A stretch of 64,000 bases of DNA, from NCBI RefSeq assembly GCF_000143415.4, contig NW_003314268.1, positions 1,782,672 through 1,846,671 on the forward strand, written 5' to 3'. The notes beneath the pieces were generated by a model. That model was not told the DNA's origin. It ran no database searches and saw only the letters and a program-made list of their open reading frames with translations. The DNA is from Selaginella moellendorffii (lineage: Eukaryota > Plantae > Lycopodiophyta). This document shows, piece after piece, positions 38,773-48,778 of this stretch (position 1 is its first letter; each line of letters opens with the position of its first letter). A program made the translations under genes and the position numbers.

Positions 38773-41700
38773 TTAAGATATGAAAAATAAGAAAATGCAA
38801 ACCTTTTGGATTCGGCCACCTGTTCCTTTTGTTTCAACCGGGATGTTTGAGAGTAGGCAGCCTGATACAAACTCAGCCAATCTAGAGTCATCATTCTCCA
38901 CCATTGTTGCAAGAAGACCTCCCCAAAATAAAGAACAGGGAAGAATGACTAGCATAATGCCCTCATATCGCAACACCTTGGATGCCACATCCACCACTTG
39001 AGAAATATGGTCCGATTGAAGGATGTTCCAGGATGGAGTGTCACCTTGTAGAGGTGGTAACCCATTAGGCAAATCGAAGAATGTGAGGTTGATGCCAAAA
39101 GTATTGTTCATTCCCAATCCTCGCATCCATCTATGGAACATAAAAGACTCTTGGGTCATGTCGTTGGAAAGATGAAAGTAGTCCCCAATAACTATTTCCA
39201 CATTGCCAACACTTCCTGTAGGAGAAAGAGGGCAAACTTGAATAGTGTTCAAAACCGGGAAACATTAAAGGTAATACATGTTTTTTTTCATATCTATTTA
39301 TGTGAAGCTGATGAAGATAACTCTTGGAGGTCATCCTCTGTAGCAATGGGGAGGGATGGAAAGAATGCATTTGTACATCAGCGTCTAGAGTGCTAGCTAG
39401 TTTCTTCGATATCTATAACCAAATTACAATAAGTAAGGTCAATGGAAATCAAGTTCTTACTCTCTTGGATGACCTCACTATGGAGCTACCTTTGTACAAT
39501 CCAAGCAATCAGGGCTGGATGAGCAGCGGTAGTAGGATTTGGGGAATAGGCAACTACTGTAGGATGAGATGGGGCAGAAGAGTTTTTAGCTAGGTTCTCC
39601 ACTTCTTCCTCTTTGGTTTGCTCAATATGAATCTTGTCCCTGTCCTAAGGCATCTCCACTCCTCCAAAAATGCCTCTACATTAAAGTAGAAACATAAATT
39701 ACTGCAAGGAAGTTTTACTTATCAAACCTAGATGACACTTGAGGTAGAGATCAAGCTCAAAAGGTGATGATGGCATTTGCCTCCACAACTCCAAGTACTA
39801 TGGACAAAGTTCTCACTCCTGTGCAGTGGGACAATGGAACTCTGGCTCATACATGCCAAGTTTCTTCCCACTAGTTAAGAGCTTGAGAAAAACACTTACT
39901 ACGTACACTAAAGCACATGGGAAATGATTTAAATACTTACAAAAGAGCCATGATTAAATAAATAAGTCAATTTGTTGCAATATACCTATATGCCATATGG
40001 TGCAAGAAAAATGGTTGGCCTAGGTGATTCTTGAAATCCATGGAGCTTGAGTTGCCATCAGGAAGCCATTCATCCCCAAGCTCTGAAGGGAAGCTCGGAC
40101 ATATTCTGGAAGTGTTATGCTGGTGTAGACACTAGTAAGGAACTTTGATCCATGCTTGAAGTAACTCCTTAGTAGCCGCAATACTCTAAGTGATATAGAG
40201 CTTCTCCTTCATCACATTTTCAAGTTTGCTCTCCAACCTCTTATCATTGTTACAATACCAAGTGTTAAGGAGATCCAAGCAAGAGGTTTGTTTGTTGAAG
40301 GAGAGCTTGCTTTTTGCGATGTTATAGATCAATTTGTAAGCAACCAAAGAGAATGACTTGAGAGACGATCCATAGGGGTTCAAATATAGAGGGAAAGGGC
40401 CCATGAACAAGAGTGCACCCCCTTTTCTAAACGGTTAAGGGTCTTGGGATATTTGGGGTTAAGCGTCCTTGGGTTTGAGTAGTACTGGGCTGGGTGACCT
40501 CCCGGGAAGTCTAAACTCAAGTCACTTACACAATTCTTCAGGTGCTTTACCATTTCTTGCAAGGACAAGGATTTCAAAGTGGACTGAGAAAGATAAAAGG
40601 GACTGACTTATTGCCACGAGAGCATATCTCTGCAATGCAATCTAGCCAATCTTTATCGCATTGGATGTCCACAATCTCAAGTAGCTTCTTCACCTTTGAT
40701 TTCTTGAAGTTCAAAATGCACTATTCAATTTGTTGCAGTTCAAGGTTCTTTTGCACTTCATCCGTCACTTGCGTAATTTTGAAATATAAGTTTTGCTTTG
40801 CCTTGACAATTGGCTAAAAGGAAAACTTTAGAAAACACAAGTTCATGCAAGAAAAGGATACCTTTGCCCAGACTACAACCAAAAAATCCATAGGCACCTA
40901 ATACTAAGTAAGCAACCCTTGGCCTTCACGTGCTATAAGTTTTACTTGAATTGCTTCCATAACCTCACGACTATATAGCATCTGGATTTCCTCAAGAGAA
41001 AGCATGCCAACATATTGAAGGTGCGCTTGGAAAGCAAATTGATTAAGCCTGTAACATAGTTAGTGAGAACAAAGGTCATTAGTAAGGGATTCTTATATGT
41101 TGATCTTGTGACATGCCAAGTTGAGCCTCATAGCTTGGTTTCGATCCTCTGGCTCCACAAGTGTCATTGGAATACAAATATGTCACCCGTCATCGTCCTG
41201 GAACTTCTTTTGGATACACCTCCAAAATGCTAGCCACTGGTGGTTTCCATCAATAATGAAGAATATCTGGTGTACAAACGCTTGTGTCTCCTTATGGCAT
41301 GCCATCAAAGTATCAAACTCTTGAGATTTCCTCTGCCATATTTGATCCCAAGTTTACTCAATCTCATGAGTAACCATGTCTATGCGATTTGTTCTAGGGA
41401 ATGATGACGACACAATAAATGATCCAGCAGTGTGCCTAAATCCAACCTCTGTGAAAATAGCCATGTTGAGGTCATAAGCTAAGTGAAGATAGCAAAGTGG
41501 AATCTGAAGATGTTGGGATCCTTTCCAAGCCATTTCACCTAACACCCTACTGATAGTTCGTTCTTAAGCTTGGACAACAGTCTCACGTACTTGCTCATTC
41601 AAAATCATGTTGGCCTCTAGCATAGTTACCACCTTATTTCTGTGACCTTCAAGAACAGCAGCATGTCTGCCATTTCCACCACCAAGATCTACCCCACCAC

Positions 41701-42030
41701 CTGTAGCACCAAGTGCCTCATTTTTGCCACCAAGTTTTGGTGGTAGTGCCACCTATGGCACTACCACCAGCAGCTTCTCTTGTGCTATAGATAGGTTCTT
41801 CATTTTCACGCTCTCTAGAGCCATCTAGCTCCTACAAGCTAACACCTGGATCAGGATCAACCATTACTTGGATCTAGACACCACTATTCCCACCATGGTC
41901 TTCCTTTGAAGTAGTGCTTTGAACTTGTGAGGTGTCTCTAGTGAATCTAACACAACGATCTAGTCGTTTTCCTGGAGAACAGAAGCATTGTAGTTGACTG
42001 CATGCTTCTTTTGTTGTAGCCAATTTATAT
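38773..42030 (-). pseudogene. Transposon-associated spliced gene with a ParB/Srx-like N-terminal motif and an N4/N6 DNA-methyltransferase-like C-terminal region (disrupted)
   Basis: Manual translation: TWDQIWQ..SQEFD...FFIIDGNHQWLAFW (41230-41350); GINLTFFDLPNGLP..PSWN..DVASKVLRYEGIMLVIL (38940-39095); GT-AG introns; stops, frameshifts and an LTR insertion. Confidence 0.55.
40335..40530 (+). mobile_element. Cassandra-like solo LTR with 5S rRNA domain; TSD CAATT
   Basis: 196 bp, TGTAAG...CTTACA; 5S-like segment 40458-40511; CAATT at 40330-40334 and 40531-40535. Confidence 0.9.
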
Positions 42031-42094
42031 GTCTACATAAAAATGATAAATAAATTTGAGTAAACATTAAAAAAATGTTTTGAAGAAAAATAGG

Positions 42095-42812
42095 AGCAAT
42101 TTCCTTAGCATTGGGAAGATTGGTTTGTTGCCAAACCAATCTTCTAGCACCAAGGGAACAAAAGAAAAAAAGAAAAAAAGTAGCTCTCTTGGTGCTTGGA
42201 AAATCAATTTGCTACTGAACCAGTCTTCCAATGCCAAGGGAATAAAGAAAAAATGAAAAGAAGTAGCTCCCTTGGTGCTAGGAAGATTGGTTCGGTGGTG
42301 AACCAATCTTCTAGTGCCAAGAAAACTAAAAAAAAGAAAAGGAACAACTCCCTTAGCACTGAGAAGATCGGTTTGACAGCAAACCAATCTTCTAGTGCTG
42401 AGGGAACAAAGAAAAGAAGAAAAGAAGTAGTTCCCTTGGCACTGGGAAGATCGGTTTGTCGCCGAACTGATCTTCTCAGTGCCAAGAGAACAAAAAAAAG
42501 AAAAAAAGAAGCAGTTCCCTTGGCATTGGGAAGATCGGTTCGTCACCGAACCAATCTTCTCAGTGCTAAGGGAACAGATGAAAGAAAAAAAGAAGCAGTT
42601 CCTTCGGCATTGGGAAGATCGGTTTGTCGCCAAACCAATCTTCTCAGTGCCAAGGGAACAAAAAAAGGAAAAGAAGCAGTTCCCTTGGCATTGGAAAGAT
42701 TGGTTTGTCGCCAAACCAATCTTCCCAATGCCAAGAAAATGACAAGAAAAAAAAAAACCTAGAATCTGATGTGTTGGGAAGATCGGTTTGCTGCTGAACT
42801 GATCATTCTAGT
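42095..42812. repeat. Tandem array of ~8.5 units (period ~80-85 bp), each a ~62-bp imperfect palindrome plus an A-rich spacer
   Basis: Consensus GTTCCCTTGGCAYTGGGAAGATCGGTTT-GTCGCC-AAACCAATCTTCTCAGTGCCAAGGGAAC, then ~20 nt A/G-rich spacer. Confidence 0.95.
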
Positions 42813-43242
42813 GGGAAGTAGCTGTGAGATGTAAGTTGCTCGCAAGCTAGGAGCAAAAGATGGGGAGGTGGAAAGACAACAGAGAGAGGCATATTTTGAT
42901 TGAGGAGTGTTTTTTTAGTGTTTTGAAGAACATCTAGTGTCCTAATTGAGAAGCATCTTGAAGCATATTGTGAGATTTCTCTCACCCTTCACCCTAGCAG
43001 TAAAACCCTAAAAATTAATAGTCATGATCAATAATCACAATCAATGGTCATGATTTTCATTCTCTTTAATGGCAATTGCTTTCTAGATTCTAGTGATATG
43101 TCAATTTTTTAACAGTACTTTAATTTTGCAAATGGTAGGATATATTTATTGGACAAATCCACTATGATCATAGATTTCACATGTTCTTTCCAAGAAGATA
43201 GTTATTCAAAGCTTTAGATATTAAGATATGTGTAATTGATTA

Positions 43243-43480
43243 TAATACTATTGAAATGAATGGGGTTATAAGTGAGAGTTGCCAATTAATCATGAGAGTT
43301 GTAACTATGCATGAACTAACTTTTTTGAGCTTGACTCTCTCTCAGTTATCACAAAAGAATGACACTCTTTTGAAGGGAAAAGAGTATGGAGATGAGAGCG
43401 AAAACAAGCAATTAATGCTACAAATTTTGTGATTAATCGGCGCATCTCACTTATAACCCCATTCATTTCAACAGTATTAT
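43243..43480. repeat. MITE-like ~50-bp inverted repeat pair
   Basis: TAATACTATTGAAATGAATGGGGTTATAAGTGAGA...TCTCACTTATAACCCCATTCATTTCAACAGTATTA. Confidence 0.75.
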
Positions 43481-43693
43481 TCCTCTCACAATCAATTATA
43501 CAATTAATATGGGTGGCTCTTTAAGATTCTCATATATCTCTAGATTCTAAACGGTTGTATAAATTGTTAAAATAATTAACTTGTCCTTTGCAAGAACATA
43601 GCTAATTAAAGCTCATAATACAAAAGAATATCTTTATTCTTTCTTATCAGTTTCTCCCCAAATATTTTCTAAGTGTTTGAGTAAGAAGAAGAT

Positions 43694-45093
43694 ATGAGAG
43701 AATTCTACTTGAAGTTCGATTAAGAGCCTTTAATTGTTTTCTTTAAGAGTGTTATAGGAGAAAGCTTCCTTTGCAGAAGATTCAAGTTGAAGTTGGGATC
43801 AGTTAGTTTGGAGAATGTATGTCAGGATAAAGGTAATTAGATAGAAAAATCCATTCTTCTCGACAATGGTGTGGGAGAGAATGTGATTCAGTGGGATCTT
43901 GATAAATGTATAGATCAAAAGATTCTAGTTACAAGATCTCCGAAGCAAGTAGAGGAGAGCACATCAATTTCACAACGAACTGTGTAAGGAGTGAAGGATG
44001 AAGTTGTTCTCTCTAGTGACGAAAGTGAAGAAAATGAACTTCCCAGAAAAGTAAGTATCTTCCTTCTGGACCAGTTCATAAGACATTTCAGCAATCTCGA
44101 TCATTACAGTTGGAATTGAAGGAGTTCTAGTACATGAGGACTTCAAATTTCCACTGGCTAGTTTGTCAAGCAGGAAGAGAGGCATGGAAACACGTCTTAA
44201 TCCACATAATTGGTGTAGAGTAAAGATGACCCACTTCTCTCATTTTGACGGATCTATGTCCATAGTCCATTGTGGTGGACAGCTTTAGTGTGTTGCTGAG
44301 AAATGCATTTCTGATCATGGCAAGAATATGTGTTTCTTTGAAGTCTTAGCAATCAATCCCCTTAAGCGTGATGAGGTTGCTACAGGGTTTAGATGTCGCA
44401 AATGCAGGGCAACATCTGTGTGTCAAGTATGTTGCGATGCAAAAATGTAATATTTTCTTCCACATTTAGGCAAAGTAGTAGTGCATGTTGGATACCACCA
44501 ACACACAATAGAGGAAGGAATCCATCGTGATTCTTTTCATAATTTGAAGGCTGCTATTATTATAGAGGTTGGGAAGAAAAGTGCTGCAACTCCAAAGTGT
44601 GTTCAACAGTCTATACTAAAGGACTATATGGTGGACATGTTATGATAAGCTGATAACAAAAAAGAGTTCACAAAGAATAGCTTGAAGAACCTACTTTGAA
44701 ATATAGAACCCATGACAAATTTAAACAAGTATAAGATTAATACTTAACTCTACTTTGTCACTAGAAACACTCTTTGTTTTGGCAAATTAAAGAATTGGAT
44801 GTGAAAAGGGTGAGATGGAAAGCTTCAATCTGGATTGGATGTGATTTTAAAGTTAAATGGAAAATGTTCCATGAGTTTATTCATGGGAGCTTGTTCGTTT
44901 TCCAAGTGACTTTGAGCAGTCAACGCCTTTTCATCTTTCAGATATCCACCCTTAGTCCTGCTTCTAGTATAGACCTTGTACAATGAATGGATATGGATGG
45001 AGATGGGGACTTGGCTAATTTCTGGATCCATTTCGACCACATGGAATGAGTTTTAGGCTGGTCAACAATGGGAGCTCATGTTTATGATCACAA
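43694..45093 (+). pseudogene. Decayed DNA-transposon transposase (WRKY/GCM1-like Zn finger plus MULE-like DDE start), truncated by an LTR
   Basis: CGGQL.CVAEKC....CRKC....CCDAK...VVHVGYHQH; LFIFQIS...IDLV.....GDLANFWIHFDH...VLGWSTMGAHVYD, then a GT donor. Confidence 0.6.
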
Positions 45094-45170
45094 GTAAGTG
45101 GCTTTTCATTTTTCAAGGATTCTATACCGATTAAAAGTCAAGTTAGATTTATTGTTGTGGACTGATGTTA

Positions 45171-46761
45171 TGTAAGTGACTAATTTTTCCATTCTACTTT
45201 AGTCACTTAACCACATCTCCGATCACTTGGAGGAGTCTCACTCACAACCTCTATAAGTCCTATTTTAGACTTGGGCTTGCTACCCCTGAGAATGGCATCC
45301 CTGCCACTCAACCTTTGCACTTGGTCCAAGTGTCCGATCCCATGACCGACACCACAATGTACCACCGACATATCAGCCCGTTACACTAAGGCCATGCCCA
45401 TTCACTTTGGTCACACCGGTGGTCTGACACCACCTCCATCACAGTCCCATCTCTCAAAGACTGGGCTATCTGTTCATGAGTGATCATCCCAGATCCACTC
45501 CTTAACATCCTTAGGATACCCATAGACATGGGGAATACCCTTCCCCAATATCCCTTTTTCGGTCCCCACCAAGTCCCTTTTTGCTCATAGCCGTATTCGC
45601 CAACACTACCACTGGGTCGAGGCCCACAGGCCCGACCACCAAGTCCCACGGTCCTCTGGGACTTCTTTAGCACCTAACTATATCCTTGGTCACTACACCA
45701 GAGGACTACTCCTCTTCCTTTCCACAGTCTGGGCCTTTGAGACAACATTTCGGAACACCCTGGCCTTACGCGAGCCTCGTGGGTACTCTTCCCGCTTTCT
45801 GCCTTTAGGTGCTCTAGCCATGGGCTTATAGCGAGGTTCCATTGAGCCACGCTTGGTATCCAAGTAGGTAGTGCCACCCACACTTGGATTGGGAGCATCG
45901 GCCATTTGATCTCCCGGGGGAACTAGAGCCGACTCTTGAACACTTCACCAAGCTACCCCGCTTGTCGGTCTGTATTCACTTTAGTCTTGGACTTCCTAGT
46001 GGGCAGCTCATCACCCAACACTGGGTACAGCCTTCCTGGGCCAAACTGGCCTTTCCTAGCCAAATTGGCTCCACTGCAGTCCTCCCCCTTACTATACTTT
46101 TGGAGCTCACCAAACCCCCCAGGGTCTGGGAGATGAACGCTTTGGGCTTTCACCCTCTCAGACTCGAACTCGGACTCGAACTTGGACTCAGACTCGGACT
46201 TAGGCTCAGGCTCGGTCTCGGCCTCGGCCTCGGTCTCGACCTCGGACTCCATCTCAGGTCCCTCTTGGACTCCATCTTAGATTCCATCTTGGGTACATCT
46301 CAGACTCCGTCTCGGTCCATCTCGGACTCCATCTCGGACACCATCTCGGGTCCATCTCAGACTCCATCTCGGGTGCATCTCGGACTCAATCTCATATACT
46401 TCCACGTGTCATGTGTTGGTCCTTTTTGGGTCCCTTTCTGGAGCCTCGCTTATTGCTCGCTTCGTGCTTCGAGCATTTTATTGGGAGTTCCACTCTCGCT
46501 CTCAACCTTTCAAGTCGGAGGTTTCAGTCCAAATGTGTTACGTTTGTTTGGCTTTCACTTCGGCCACTATCACGTGGCACCCTTTCGGATCCACTTTGGG
46601 GCCTAGGAATTTTGTGTTTCACAACTCCACCACCCATAGACGAAGTTCGATGTCCTCATTGAATGGTAAACCATTTTTATAAAGTAACACCCGCATGTAT
46701 TACCATTTCCATCCTTGGCACCCAGCCAATGTTTGTCTATGGTTTGACCCCAAAGGCTTAC
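45171..46761 (-). mobile_element. Family A 3' LTR (45171-46623) with PPT and a short internal stub
   Basis: TGTAAG..TCACA termini on the + strand; adjacent ACTCCACCACCCA is the minus-strand PPT. Confidence 0.9.
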
Positions 46762-48060
46762 TGTCAAGACCCCCAATAACATCAAGTCTGGAAAATGCAA
46801 AAGACAAAGAGAAAAGCTAGTGGAAATAAAGAAGAGGCCTTAGACTGGTGTTGATTTAGATTGTGGAGAAATGGAACAAGGCTAATCTATATATACTATA
46901 GGTTGATGAAGCTCCACCACTCTTGGATTGAGGATGGCCTAAATATAGCTGAGGTCGAGGAGGCACCACATCATCATCAGGAATGTGGCTCAAGACTCAG
47001 GAATCATACAGGAAATCAGAGAGTCAGGAATAGGGAAGAGTCTCGAGAGTCAGGAATAGGGAAGTGTCTCGAGAATCAGGAATGTGGTCTGCAGGTCAGG
47101 AATTCAGTGAGATTCAGGAATGTGGTATAAATTGGGGGATTCCTGACAGCACCTCCTCCTCAAGAACAAGTGGAACGAGGACGTGAATGAGAATGAAGAG
47201 GAGGATGAGATGGGCGGCAAGGGATGGGAGATGGAGAAAAAGAATGAGGACTGGGACGAGAAGAATAGTGGCGGTGAAAGTCCTGAACAAGGTCAGGAGA
47301 ATAAATCAGGTTGTCTGTAGGTTCCCAAGTGCATTCTTCAAGTCCATAACCCTTCCAGTCGACCAAATAGTAGAGTTTAGACCATGAGATCTTGGAATCA
47401 AGGATGTCCTGAACCTCGTACTCAGACCCATCCTCGAGCTGCACTGGTGGAGGCGGAGGAATGACCCGATTGGGAATAGGACTGGGAATATAAAGCTCAA
47501 GGAGAGAGGAGTGAAAAACGGGGTGAATTTGATAGGAGGAGGGAAGTGCAAGGCGATAAGTAACAGGATTAATTATAACAGTGATAGGGAAAGGACCTAG
47601 GCATTTGAAATCGAGTTTGGGACATGGCCTGGTGGTGGAGATATTTCGCCTAAGGAGCCAGACTTTATCCCTAATATTGTAAGGGGGACAATCCTGACGA
47701 TGGGCATTGGCAAATGTTTTGTGAGATTCCTAAGCACGATGGAGGTGGAAGGAGATGGAGTTGTGGATTTCCTGGAGGTTGGAGACAAATGTCTCAGAGC
47801 GGGGATTTGAATGAGAGGATTCGGATGGAGAAGTAAGTGAGAGATTGAATCGGGGATTTCGGCCAGAGTTTGCAAAGAAGGGGGAAACTTGAAGAGAGGA
47901 GTGAACAAAGTTCTTATAGGAGAACTCAGCAAGGGGAAGGATATTAAACCAGTCATCCTGATGATAGTTGATGAAGCACCTCAGGAATTGTTCTAACGTC
48001 TGAATTGTTCGCTCAGACTGTCCATCAGTTTGAGGATGGAAAGAAATTGGACGATGATGA
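46762..48060 (-). mobile_element. 3' end of a Ty3/gypsy chromovirus: integrase C-terminus, chromodomain, PPT, 387-bp 3' LTR (46762-47148)
   Basis: FHPQTDGQSERTIQTLEQFLR; EYEVQDILDS....LYYLVDWKGYG.EE.TWEP; PPT CTTGAGGAGGAGGTGC. Confidence 0.93.
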
Positions 48061-48251
48061 CAAGGAGAAGAGAGAGGTGAAGCAGTGGCAGGGGGAGGAG
48101 AAGTGATTGAGTAGACATTTCCTTGTTTAAAATAAAATGGCATGTGCCTCAATGCAGTTGAATTTTGTTATATTTATATACTATATAAAGGTTTGGAAAC
48201 TTTATTTTACAAGTGGGATAATGACAATTCCCACTTTAACGAAATAGAGCT

Positions 48252-48778
48252 TTGGTGTAGTGACCAAGGATACAGTTGGGTGCTGAGGAAGTCCCAAAGG
48301 ACCGTGGGACTTGGTGGTTGGGCCTGTGGGCCTCGACCCAGTGGTAGTGTTGGTGAACACGGCTATGAGCAGAAAGGGACTTGGTGGGGACCGGAAAAAG
48401 GATATTGGGGAAGGCTATTCCCCATGTCTATGGGCATCCTAAGGATGCTAAGGAGTGGATCTGGGATGATCAATCATGAACGGATGGCCCAGTCTTTGAG
48501 AGATGGGACTGTGATGGAGGTGGTGTTAGACCACCGGTGTGACCAAGGTGAATGGGCATGGCCTTAGCGTAACGGGCTGATATGTTAATGGTACCTTGTG
48601 GTGTCGGTCATGGGATTGGACATGTGGAGCACTTGGACCAAGTGCAAAGGTTGAGTGGCAGGGATGCCATTCTCGGGGCTAGCAAGCCCAAGTCTAAAAT
48701 AGGACTTATAGAGGTTGTGAGTGAGACTCCTCCAAGTGGTCGGAGGTGTGGTTAAGTGACTAAAGTAGAATGGAAAAA
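48252..48778 (+). mobile_element. Family A LTR 3' portion acting as host; its last 13 bp (TTAGTCGCTTACA) lie at 56428-56440
   Basis: Sequence resumes exactly after the inserted element and its AAAAA TSD. Confidence 0.88.

Noticed and set aside
42067-42762. CRISPR array or repeat-protein ORFs
   Set aside because: Spacers are low-complexity A-tracts, there are no cas genes and the context is eukaryotic; the ORFs merely translate the repeat
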